The translations under genes and the position numbers were made by a program. The notes under the pieces are model-generated. The model had not been told where the DNA came from and ran no database searches. It worked only from the letters and a program-made list of their open reading frames with translations. Below are positions 14,301 to 24,981 of a DNA stretch of 64,000 bases, one piece after another. The DNA is from Chrysomallon squamiferum (lineage: Eukaryota > Animalia > Mollusca), in assembly GCA_012295275.1 (NCBI GenBank), contig CM022671.1, positions 12,090,001 through 12,154,000 of the forward strand, in the 5' to 3' direction. Positions within the stretch are counted from its first letter, which is position 1. Every line of letters starts with the position of its first letter.

Positions 14301-17300
14301 TATGTAAGATATAATGTCAGGATTTCATACGTCAATGTGCAAAGAACCATCCAGCATTGTCCTGTAACGACCCCCTGTTATCTGTTGATCTTCTTTGAAC
14401 CAGGTGATCTGTGGGTCTGGTTTACCAGTGGTCACACAGGTTAGGTTGACCGACTGACCTTCAGCTGTGATCACCTGGGCTGCTGGAGGTGTGATAATTG
14501 TAGGAGCTTCAGCTATCAAAATAAAGACAGAATTCTTTACAAATATTATTTCTATACATTTGTCTGTTATGACTATGTAACATCTGAAAGCCAGATTCTA
14601 TGAAAAATAGATTTATATGAAAGAGTAAAATCAGTTTATAACTGTATTATGTAAAACTAATTTCTTTTTCTTCTAAATACTACAGAAATATTTATTTGTA
14701 ACTAAGCAAGATAAATATATATTTTGATATTACATGTAAAAACAAATGGTAATTTTGACCAGATAACTTAACAAAGAGAAAGGTTATTTTATAATACAAA
14801 TATAAAAACATGTTCAAATTTCAATTTGATAGCTCTAGAAACATTTATTTTTAGTAAGAACAAAGTTTAGATTTATTTTATACTTTTGATAGCAGCATAA
14901 AAATAAATTCTGATTTCTGTGATAAAACCATACAAACTATGGTTTGTAATTCAGTATACTCTGGGTAAGTGTGTTACAAACATACTTTTACAGATTCTAA
15001 ATTGAAAATATACTTACAGAGGACATTGAGGTAAAAATCTCCCCAAACGTATCCATGTTTATTTGTGGCATTGCATTGAATCACCATGGCATCTGTCTTT
15101 GAAACATTTTCAAAAATAACCAACTGGTCATTCAGTTTGCGAAACCGATGATCAATCCGATCGTCAGTGACATCTGCAATCAAATTTTGTTTTATTTAAT
15201 TATTTCTGGCACAATAATCTGAAAACAATAACTTAAAATATTTTTAAGACTACATATTTACATAACAATAAAAGCACTATATGAATAATATTTTCTATAT
15301 ATTCAGTTTTAAACTGACTACTTAAAGTCAAATACAATTTTCAGTAAACATCAAAATGACTGATGTAATAAAATAAAAACAAAAATCGAGGTATCAGTTG
15401 TACTTCATTCTATAAAGATACTTATTTATTCCTCCAGTTTTTCTATGTGAAATCAGATTTAATCAGTTAAACACACCTCCAAGACTAACTCCATTGATGA
15501 ACCAGAAGTATCTCGGTTTTGGATCTCCATCTGCAATACATCTGAATTCAGCCCTCCCTCCAATACCAATTTCCACATCCTTTGGTTCTTCAACCCAGTA
15601 TGGTACAGCTGTAATCAAATGCACAATTATATCAGAATGTTAACTTAATACTTTATGTTAATTTTCAGCAATATCAATTCAATCAAACCCAGTATGGTAC
15701 AGCTGTAATCAAATGCACAATTATATCAGAATGTTAACTTAATACTTTATGTTAATTTTCAGCAATATCAATTCAGTCAAACATTTGTTCATCTGTATGC
15801 AGAAACTGACATTTTAAGGTGAAACACAGAAAGCTCTCAATTTGTTAAATTACTTTTGAAATACATGAAATATGGTACATCATCAGATAAGACAACCACT
15901 AACAAAGCCCCACCAGCCACAGTCTGCTCATGACTAATTTACAACACCTGGAAAACGTTTTCTGCATTATTATGTAATATGGAGTGATTCAAAGTATTTT
16001 CATTAAAAGATATAAAATCAACAAATCTTGGTTCTAAACATGAGATCTTCACTTACATTCCACTCTTATTTTCATGGTTCTCTGGACTCGCTGAGGTGTC
16101 AAGTTGTTTGTAGCCCAACACTCATACTCGCCAGCATCTTCAAGTTTCAGGCCATCAAACTGCATCTCTTGGCCAAAACTTGGAAAATGGACGTGGTCTG
16201 GGAAGGTCTTCCCATCAGTGCGTGCCCAGTGGACATCAGGAGTAGGACTGATATGGAGTTAGTGATGTTAAAAAAATATTCAGTACCAAGAATAATTTTC
16301 AGAAATAACAATGATAACAAAAGTAATTTTATTGTTATAAATTGTTAATAAGATATATTAACACATAACAAGACAAAGAGTTGTACAGAAACTGTTGATA
16401 GAAAAGAATACAGATCCTCTCATTCCACTCTATTTCATGTAAAAAAAGTGGTTCTCAACCAAGAGAAAAGGTAAATATTTATAACTACACTAAATAATTC
16501 ATCAGTGAAAAATTCAACCAGATCTTTGCATTATTTGTAACAGATGGCGGAAAAAATGTTGAAAACCACTAGAGTGAAGTTAACTGATGAAGTACTTCAT
16601 TCTGATTATTAACATAATATACATAGGAATGTGAGTTTTACATTAAAAATTCGTTTTATTTATTAATGCAGTTTTAAAATAATTCTCTTTTTAAATAATA
16701 ATAAGTCTGGAAAAAATTCAGAGCTACTTACTTGCCAGCAAATATGCATTTCAGTTTGAATATGCTGTCTTTTAGTCCAAAATGATCAAGAGGAGATGCC
16801 CACAAATAGCTAACCTTTCTTTGTTCTTCAGTGTCTATGAAACACAGTATAAACATATAGTTTTCCTCCTCAAAAGTACATATTTAATTATTCAATGAAA
16901 TTTTTTTTTTTTTTTTAAATTTAAAAACATGTATCAAAATATTTGCAGAATACCACTGAATTTAGAATGTGCTATTTAAAAATACTCACTTCCTTGAGGA
17001 CGGACAAACTGTTGAGCTCCTTGTGTGTTTTTTCTGACAAAGCCATTCATGGCCATACAGGCATATGGTCTCCCTTCATTTCCATCAGTCTTGATAACAT
17101 TTGTAAAACGAAGACGAGCTGAAATGCAATTTTTGAAGTCACTTTCATACAAATATTATTAAAACATTATTTCAAACCCATTAAAATTGTGTGAAAATTT
17201 AACTGCATTGAACAATGACCCCATCAGAGAACTAGTGTGAGAACAATGTTTAAAAAGAAAATGTCCCAAGTTTCAAGAGTTCAGCATATACATCCCAGCC

Positions 17301-19409
17301 AAAACAAACACCAAATGTGTCCTTATGTGTATACATATACTCTGTTTTGTATTTTTTTATTAAAATTATTTAGAATATACCATAGTTTCTCCATTTTATT
17401 TTACTTGTAAAGATATCAGTAATATTTCAAAAATTAATTTACATTCAAGATCCATTGTTACACGTCCATTAAAGTTGACTGGAGTAAATCCTCCATATCG
17501 GTCCTTTATCACCCAGTAAACTTCAGGTGGTGGGATGCTCTCTGGTGCTACACAGTCCAGTGTCAGTGGCCTGCCAAGTGTGGGATAGTGGGTTATGTCG
17601 GCTTCTATGTCAAATTCCTTCAGCTTAGCCTGTCTTAAGTTATAATTAATGGAGGCTGAAATACCATAACCATTATAAGCAAAACACTGGTAAATTCCTT
17701 CATCTTTATCTTCCGGTCGATTTATAACAATTGTGCCAACATTTGCCAGCTGAACCATCCGATCGTCATGACCACTTGGGTTGAAATCAATCCCATTTCT
17801 CTTCCAGTTGTATCTAAAATAAAATCATTGGTCATATAACTAGTCATATGTGGTTAGTTTTAAACAATATTTATCTTCCTAACTTATCAGTTTGCCCATT
17901 TTGAGGATACATTTTCTGCTGGCTGCTGTAACTACAAGAATTTTGAACTGTCTGCAGCTGCCTGTTTTAAAAGTGTAATACACAATAATAATAATAATAA
18001 TAATAGCAGCAACAACAATAATAAATAACATGTTAAACAACATTACTCTTTTATTATTACTGAAATCATTCTATTCTTTCCACTATATTTGACAATTTCA
18101 TATTTTAACAATTTCAATTTTAACTAGAGTTAAAAGAAGTGCTCATTTTAAAACAAATATCTCTTCCAAATGAAAAATGTGTTTACAAAACTTACTTTGG
18201 TTTAGGAATGCCATCAGCGACACATAACATCTGAACTGTTTCCCCTGCCTTGTAATAAACATTGAAATTCGACTGGATGTAAATACCAGGTGGACGGGTT
18301 ACTGTTAAAAAATATATTTTTAAAAATGTAAACAAAATGTTGGTAAATAATATATAAGATAAAATTGATATGAAATTCATAATCAATCATTATTTTTCAA
18401 TTTCTTTTTTAACACTGAAATTAACAAATTCTTCTTTTTTCAGTTGTAATTATAACAACTTAAAATGACGCAAATGAATGAATTATGTAAATAAAACATC
18501 TTGTTAGTAAGTATATTGTTCTGTCTGTTGAACAGATGAATCTTAATATAAATTATGCTGGTGTCTTACAAGTTCAAAATAAAATATTCTAAACCACTTT
18601 CTTAATTATTTTGAATGGGGTGCTGGTTTTTACAGGCTCATTTTTAACATTTCAAAGCCTTTGTTTAGTTTTCTGCTGACTAATCTTATTTGTAGCATTC
18701 TTTAACAACAAAGGATGACAATAAATCAATACTGTCAGGTAACACTGAGATATCATCATTCAGACATTTTGTTTTGAATTAAATACACAATTCACATTGT
18801 TTTTTACACAACATTTTAGTATCAGTTAAATGAATGATCAAATTAATTTTCAGTATAAACTTATATCTAATCATTTAGATGCAAAACTACATGCACTTTG
18901 ATAACAGATCTATTTATTTACAAGCTGTTCTGTACATTTTTAAACTGAATAGTTGGGACATACACTTGTTGCCTCAAGATAGCATGACATTTTCAATCTT
19001 TATGAACAATTCAGCATATTTATGTGTTAGTTGGGATTTTTTTGTATACATCTATGAATACATTTGTTTATGTATACAATTCACGTGATTGTAACCAAAG
19101 CATGTCTGGCAAAATTCAAATCAGAATGTCTGCCTTCATGGTAGATTTTGCCTTGGAGGCAAGCATAGATGTCCCCCCCAAAAAGTATCTAATATGTTTA
19201 TACTTAAATATATTTTAATAATGTAATCATTTCAAACACTGAATGTTCATTCTAATTCAAATAAAATGTATTCAGATTTTATTGAATAGGAAATGATGTT
19301 TACAACTATTTCAGTCTATTTCACAAGGACAACCTAGTTTTAACTTACTTGCATTTTGTTCATTAATTAAGCAGAGTATGAAACAACAAGATAAAACTAA
19401 GGATTTCAT
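2327..19409 (-). CDS. Nrg: L1CAM/neuroglian-like cell adhesion molecule (signal peptide, 6 Ig, 5 FN3, TM, Tyr/Asp-rich tail ending in the PDZ-type motif DTFV); 21 coding exons
   Basis: GT-AG exons join in one continuous frame: 19349-19409 (MKSLVLSCCFILCLINEQNA), 18196-18301, 17443-17813, 16990-17118, 16732-16834, 16057-16247, 15477-15608, 15018-15173, 14331-14512, 13675-14053, 13134-13504, 12595-12832, 12115-12248, 11641-11854, 11261-11383, 10548-10730, 9907-10026, 9333-9491, 9013(or 9019)-9192 (TM IWWFIGMLLAIIVIILICILVYFCF), 2863-2953, 2327-2633. Ig motifs include DEGIYQC, DAGEYEC and DSGTYTC. FN3 motifs include LSPGVTYTFRVIAYN and LLPNTRYRVYIWART. The 6 Ig + 5 FN3 architecture defines the L1 family; orthology to neuroglian versus a paralog is not resolved. 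Confidence 0.92.
4307..4336 (-). CDS. Candidate 30-nt frame-preserving micro-exon in the cytoplasmic tail of the L1-like gene (xSLTHSIAPA)
   Basis: Minus strand reads ctctgcacttttttacttgccag|TATCTTTAACCCATTCCATTGCACCAGCAA|gtaagt. It has a strong acceptor, a consensus donor, phase 1/1 matching the flanking exons and an open frame. Confidence 0.55.
5206..8569 (+). mobile_element. Decayed, internally deleted Ty3/gypsy-like LTR retrotransposon with INT-RT-RNaseH order (Gmr1-type), inside an L1 intron and antisense to the host
   Basis: Integrase zinc finger (H..GHLG..CEVCQKTGKP) and core at about 5400-5950, RT (DSYPLPRPDDCID, KLDLLKGYFQIPL, YLNDVV) at about 6380-6950, RNase H (DASDVGSGAVL, DHNPL, ADALSR) at about 7220-7578, all with stops and frameshifts. 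A polypurine tract GGAGGGGGA lies directly before the 3' LTR TG at 7893. The first ~115 bp of that LTR are repeated at 5206. The element ends CA at 8569 and TTATT flanks both ends (5201-5205, 8570-8574). Confidence 0.9.
7893..8569 (+). repeat. 3' LTR of the gypsy-like element
   Basis: Starts TG right after the PPT, ends CA before the TSD TTATT, and its start is homologous to 5206-5320. Confidence 0.75.
15592..15779. repeat. 94-bp tandem duplication spanning an L1 splice acceptor
   Basis: aacccagtatggtacagctgtaatcaaatgcac... occurs at 15592 and 15686, near-identical. Confidence 0.95.
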
Positions 19410-20448
19410 CTTCCATCTATCATCCTAGGAGCTGTAATAAAGAAGAAATAAATTATTTATATTTAAGAAAGTATAAACTGTTCTGTAAAATCATAAAAAA
19501 TGCTCTTTGAGCAGTTTTTTATTTTTTTTATTTGTTACTTGAAAATAAGTATAAAAATTTAAAACAGTATGCAAGTATCATTTATTATTATTTTTACTGG
19601 TACGTTAATACTAATAATAATAAGAATAAGAATAATAATAATAATAATAAAAACTTCGGCTAAGACATGTCTCTTTCAGTTTACTGGAAATGAGTCAAAC
19701 TGTCAATCACGACAATACTGAATAACCTTTTTTGAATATCTATTATCTGTATCATAATAATCTTTTCCTTGTTCAAACACTGTTGTTACCTTACCTATGG
19801 CACTAACTTATTAATTTGTATGTGCTGTACGAGTTATATTTACAAATAATAATATTAATGTTTAATGCAATACCTAATGTGATTACAGAATAAAATGCCT
19901 GAAATACCTACATTTCCGCCATTTGCAAAGCTATTTAAAATGGGACAAGGGCAGGTGATTCACAGGTGCAAATATTTCACCTGGATATTGTCAAAATAGT
20001 GATAGAAATAATGTCCGGATTGGAATTTAAATTTTAAATATTGAAATATTCGATGATATTATAACGACAATTAATTTTGTAATAATTAAATTATCAACGA
20101 AATCAATAATTTAATATTGTGAAATTAAAATTAAAATTGATGTGAAATTAAAAACATGAAATAAACGAACACTACTGTACGGATGGGTTTCTCTGTATTT
20201 TCTGTATCCACTGGAATACGGATTGTGTTTTTAATTTTTAATTTTTAATTTTTTATTATTAGTACTAAACTATTAAAATCTATTCCTTAAAAAACAACAA
20301 CAAAAAACAACAAAAACCCAACAAAAAACACAATTACGACATCAAGCTTTATTTTTTGTTAGTAATATTTATGTTAAGTAAAAATGTAATTAACGCATTT
20401 ATCCAAAATTTGTATATATTCCAAAATTTATATTCTTCGAGACGACTT

Positions 20449-20484
<36 letters not shown>

Positions 20485-20879
20485 AATATAAATTAATAAT
20501 AATAAATTTTGTTTAAGTTCAAAAAATGTAAAAAAAAAAAAAAATAAAAAAAAAAAAAAATAATAATAATAATAATAATAATAATTAAAAATAATAAAAA
20601 TAAAAACGAGAATATTAATGCCATTTAGTAACAAGAATGTTTTGTAAATATTTATATTTGATAGGAGGAATTTATCTATTATTATAAAATTGTAATAAAT
20701 AAATAAAATACAAATAAAATAAATAAAAATCGGATTAAGGCAGAAATAAATAAATGCTAAATAAAATTCATACTGCTCGTTTATTATGCCTTCACATAAG
20801 TAAACTAACCTAACATATGCAATAAAAAAGCGTGCTTAAATTTTCTGAATTCATAAAAAGTCCTAATGGTGGAGAATAA

Positions 20880-21070
20880 CTTTACTGACTCGTGGGTGAA
20901 CCATGCATGCGTCCTGTACTCCAGTGAGTCACGTGATACTCGAATCAGTCACGTAAAACAAAGGTCCCGCCCACTGAGTGGGCACTGACTAGAGAAGGTG
21001 GTTTCACACTAGCTCTGCACAGAAAATATATTCCTAATGATTATGAGCGGTGCTCGAACGTTGTGAACGA
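20880..21070. promoter_or_regulatory. Probable promoter / non-coding first exon region of the L1-like gene
   Basis: Locally GC- and CpG-richer island with TGAGTCA (AP-1-like), CACGTG (E-box) and CCCGCCC (GC-box), plus a possible minus-strand donor at about 20885. The ATG exon has its own acceptor at about 19432, so an upstream non-coding exon is implied. Confidence 0.4.
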
Positions 21071-21438
21071 AGATGCAAACTTGTTCACCGTATTCAGTAG
21101 TATAATTAATTATGTATTGGAAAAAAAAATAAAAAAATAAAAAAATAAAAAATAAAAAATAAAAGAAGAGAAGAAAGAAAGAAAAAAGAAAAAGAGTTAA
21201 GAATGGACGAACGTTTATTTCTATTATTATTATTATTATTTTCTTCACTTTTACATAAGAAATCGCAATTTCCAAAGCCGGAGCACCACATAATTCTGAA
21301 ATGCTTCTTAAAAATTCATTATCCATATCAATAGCTTTGATGTGACAAACTTTCTCCAACTGAAATAATAGGTACTAAAAATTAATTTTAAATAAAAATA
21401 AATAGTGTGTATATGTTACAGTCAGTATGTAAAACTAA

Positions 21439-21805
21439 TCATTTGGCCTAATGCATGAAATGTTTAGGCATTTAGCCTAACACCTAATGACTAAAATTTC
21501 TAGGAACTAGGCCAAACGACTGAAATAGACCTCTAGTCGTTAGGCAAAATGACTGAATGAAAAAGAATGACTAACAATTGTATGAAAACATTTATTTCGA
21601 AACACATCTATTTATTACAGCATTTCAAACTTGAGTGACATCTTGTATTGCACAAAAGGCGCTGCTTAAAACATTTACAATGTTTTGTTTACCACCTCGT
21701 TGTCCGCCCACAGTTGCATTTCAAAAATTCTTGTCCTCCTGTGGATGACTCCTTTTACACCGCTGCTGTAAGAGACATTGTGCTTTCTCTGTTCAGATCA
21801 TCCCT
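21439..21805 (-). mobile_element. Remnant of a DNA transposon with an integrase-like (KRBA2/Ginger-type) Cys-rich C-terminus and subterminal inverted repeats
   Basis: Minus strand 21608-21755 translates KESSTGGQEFLKCNCGRTTRW*TKHCKCFKQRLLCNTRCHSSLKCCNK*, which resembles the GGQG..KCNC..C..C.C....CNSRCH....C.NK tail of KRBA2-like invertebrate transposases. Inverted repeat tcatttggcctaa (21439-21451) / ttaggcaaaatga (21540-21552). Confidence 0.65.
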
Positions 21806-22124
21806 GAAGGTAAAATAGCACACCTTAGTAAGTATTTGAATATCCAAGTATATCAAAATAACGATGTAAAAATTAAATAATCAGCATTTATAATATTATA
21901 TTTTGAAAGAGATCTGTGAAAAGGAGGAACTGAATAAGCAACAAATCTGAATGAAAATACGAATAACTTATACATGTTTATGTATCTGTACATGCTACAG
22001 TGTTTAGAGTCTCACCCACAGTTTTTGAAAGGATGTCGAACACACGTAGATAAGTTTCCGATTATAATCACTAATCGGAAATGTTTAATGTAAACTTTTT
22101 TCAGACTGTTAAACACATTCACTC

Positions 22125-22125
<1 letters not shown>

Positions 22126-22192
<67 letters not shown>
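22126..22192. repeat. (AG)n microsatellite
   Basis: Pure GA dinucleotide run. Similar runs occur at about 22958-23045 and 62757-62809. Confidence 0.95.
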
Positions 22193-22195
<3 letters not shown>

Positions 22196-22310
22196 ATTAT
22201 ACATTTAAGTTTCATTCAATAACAACACAGCTGTGACAAAGATTTTCAGCTGAATGATGATCAATATGTCCGAAGTCAAAACATTTTAACACGTAGCAGA
22301 ACGCACAGAC

Positions 22311-22953
22311 ATGGCGACTAGAAAAGTCACACTCGTGTATGTTTTTCTGTGGGTATTACTTTTTGTAAACGGACATAAGATAGCTTATGGAGTGTTTAAG
22401 GTTTGTGATAATTATTGTTGTAATTTTGGTGTTATAATAGAACACCATTTATAAAGGCTATTTCGTGCAAAAGGAAGACGAGAATGAAATATTTCGAAAT
22501 GTTAATTTATTTTTTATATTTATTTATTTATTAATTTATTTATTAATTTATTTTTATCAGGAATGTTAGAGGATTTCAAGTGATAGAAAGGAATATGAAT
22601 AAAGTATTATTATTAATATTTAAGAAAAAAGGAGCTTTAGGTTAATGTTTTTAGCCAAAGCATATGATGAATTTACAAGATGAAAAAAATGCTGTTAAAT
22701 AAATTTTGTTATAAGTATTGATATAGTGCTGTTAAATATATTTTGTCATGAGTTTGGATATAGTTTGTTTAATATGATATTTAAGTCTGAGGTTAGTTAC
22801 TAAGCGGATTAACTTGCCAATTTAGATTTTAATTCATGTTTTTTTCAAACTAAAATTAGGTCTCTCTGTTTGCATTACTTTTTAACGAGGAGAACAGGAT
22901 ATAATATCTAATGTCTGGCATACAAATCTTTGTTGATATATCTACATATTCAC

Positions 22954-23048
<95 letters not shown>

Positions 23049-24871
23049 TTTAACTATATTTAGTTTTCAGTTTTTTTTATAATATTTTTTTATTTTTGCA
23101 GACTGGCCTAAGATGAGGTTTTGACAAACAGTTCCCTTCAGCTAAAGCATTCAAGTCGGAATCATTACTTTAGTATCCTTGTACCATCTAATGAAGTTCT
23201 GTACCACTACTGACTCTTGTAAACTGATCGGTCACTGTTATTATTAGTACTGTTTGTTACAAATCATATATTAATCTAGTTAAACTATGAAAGGTTCAGC
23301 AGTTAAACACTTCAAACACTACGTGTATGAAACAGAAACAATTAGGATTTACTTACAATTAGTGGAGACTCCCATTTTTCTTAGTTCAAGCACCTGGAAA
23401 AAAGAATTTGGGCAGGAATAAAAAGATAAATAAGTTATAATTATTATTATTATAATTGTTATTATTGTTATTATTATTGTTATTGTTATTATTATTATTA
23501 TTGTAAGCAGGACTTCACCTACCACCAATAACTAAATGTCAATAAACAACAACCTTTTTGTTTTAGGTGCTTTTTCTCAGACATTGCATAGTGCCATTTC
23601 CTCCAGGTGCCTTTTTCCGGTGCCATTTTTTTCCAGTGCCATTTTTTCCGCATCCCATTTAGTATACTGGTACGTCAAGCAAAGTTATTGTTTAAACGTT
23701 AAAAAAAGTATAAGCGTTTACGTTATGTTGGGCGTGAGGTTCCAGAGATGAATGTCTATGTCCACTTGTTATCATAAGAAGTAATATAAATATTATTCAT
23801 TATCTTCAGTAAAACACATGCTAAATACGCATTTTCCAAAAACCATATATTTAGTTAAGTACAGCATAGTATTTATTTAGTCGCAACTGACCAGAGTGCT
23901 CATGTGTTAATGTAGATAATGTCGTTTTAGGTCTTACGAAAATGCAGTCAGTTTTGTATCTGATAGAACCCAGTATGAGGCTATTGAATATGAGCAGGGA
24001 TCAGATTTTCATTGTAACAATAATGAGGGATAAATGTTCCGGACACTGCTTCCAGGAAGTGTAAGAATCTTGAAGCCAAAATAAACTGAATTGTTTGCAA
24101 CCTTATATTTAATGTTAAAACCGATTTAAAGAGCTATAGGTTGCAGCCACTATTCGAATTTAGTTTATATTATTTTAAAATATTTTTAAGTTTAATATAT
24201 TGTACATAATGAAAGTAGCTTTAATAACTGATTCCATTTTGTTTCGTTTTTAACAATAATTTTTAAGACGCACTGTTACTGATGAAACAAAGATTTATTA
24301 AGAACATATTTTACATTATGACTTTAACACAATTAAGTGCACCGGCTATGTCTACAGAGGGGGACAGAAAAGTTGACGAACCTCATCTTTTGCTTCTAGA
24401 TGACGCTAAACGTGAAATTTACGTAAGTTATCATCAAATGTTTTGAAGCATCATTTTAAGAATACTATTAGTATTACAAAAAATTACAATACATGAATTA
24501 ATTTTTCAATGAAACTCAGTAACATATACTATAATCTTATATAATCTTATGTAAACCTGATTATTGATGTGGAAACGACATTACTAAACTTACTACATTA
24601 ACAATTATAACACTAAACAGTAAATAATTTTTGTTTGATTATGTATTGTACCTTTTTTCTTCAGAGATTAGATTTAAAAGACCTAAAAACAAGAGAAATT
24701 CGTAAAATGCTACAAGATATTGGTTTCTACAGAAAAACGGATTTTACTGCAGCAATACCTAAAGAATACAGTGAGGGAGTTTCACCTCCAACAGATGGTG
24801 CCACTTTTGATACTTTGGTTTCTGGCAAATCAAGGTGGTCAAAGCATGGGCGTGTACTAGTGAGAGATTAA
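22311..24871 (+). CDS. SELENOM: SELENOM/Sep15-family selenoprotein, 150 aa, in-frame UGA (Sec) at 23114-23116, cysteine-free
   Basis: Exons 22311-22400, 23102-23172, 24338-24422 and 24665-24871 splice to MATRKVTLVYVFLWVLLFVNGHKIAYGVFK-TGLRUGFDKQFPSAKAFKSESLLY-APAMSTEGDRKVDEPHLLLLDDAKREIY-RLDLKDLKTREIRKMLQDIGFYRKTDFTAAIPKEY...LVRD*. It aligns by eye to SELENOM (TCGGU..VKAFV..Y..PELVLL..ERIPL..TREEI..LVQELGFYRK..VPPEY). It has a signal peptide and a SECIS in the 3' UTR. The symbol indicates the family; it may be a divergent paralog. Confidence 0.85.
23173..24337 (+). other. U12-type (minor spliceosome) GT-AG intron in the selenoprotein gene
   Basis: Donor GTATCCTT matches the U12 consensus. 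A branch-site-like CTTTAAC at 24322-24328 lies about 10 nt before the AG, with no polypyrimidine tract. Splicing at these sites keeps the SELENOM-like frame (TA|T = Tyr). Confidence 0.8.
23566..23655. repeat. Degenerate ~14-15 bp repeats (gtgccattttttcc), probably a transposon-end or MITE fragment
   Basis: About five copies of GTGCC(A)TTTTT(T)CC in tandem. The origin is inferred. Confidence 0.55.
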
Positions 24872-24907
24872 CGTTTAGAAAAAGATGATATTTACACACA
24901 CAAACCA

Positions 24908-24981
24908 GCCATCTTGTTATGAAATCCAACGTGTAAAATGATTTGTAATCATAGCTTTGGATGGAACATTTTCTTAATGGC
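24908..24981 (+). promoter_or_regulatory. Type II SECIS element
   Basis: gccat...tgtt ATGA(24919) A ATCCAAcgtgt AAA(24935) ATGATT-tgt-AATCAT agct TTGGAT GGAA(24963) ca...atggc. This gives a UGA/GA non-Watson-Crick core, helix II (ATCCAA/TTGGAT), unpaired AAA, an apical mini-stem and helix I (gccat/atggc). AATAAA follows at 25015. Confidence 0.85.

Noticed and set aside
20428-21359. ORF-track ORFs rich in F/Y/I/L (also 22012-22215, 27655-27843, 56355-56615 and similar)
   Set aside because: These are translations of poly-A/T tracts and microsatellites with no splice or homology support.
23114-23116. TGA as a pseudogenising nonsense mutation
   Set aside because: It aligns to the family Sec position, the downstream exons remain intact and in frame, and a SECIS is present.
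24268-24320. Alternative Sec exon reading THCY-TGA-TGA
   Set aside because: It has multiple stops, no similarity to the SELENOM fold and no compatible donor. Exon 23102-23172 fits far better.
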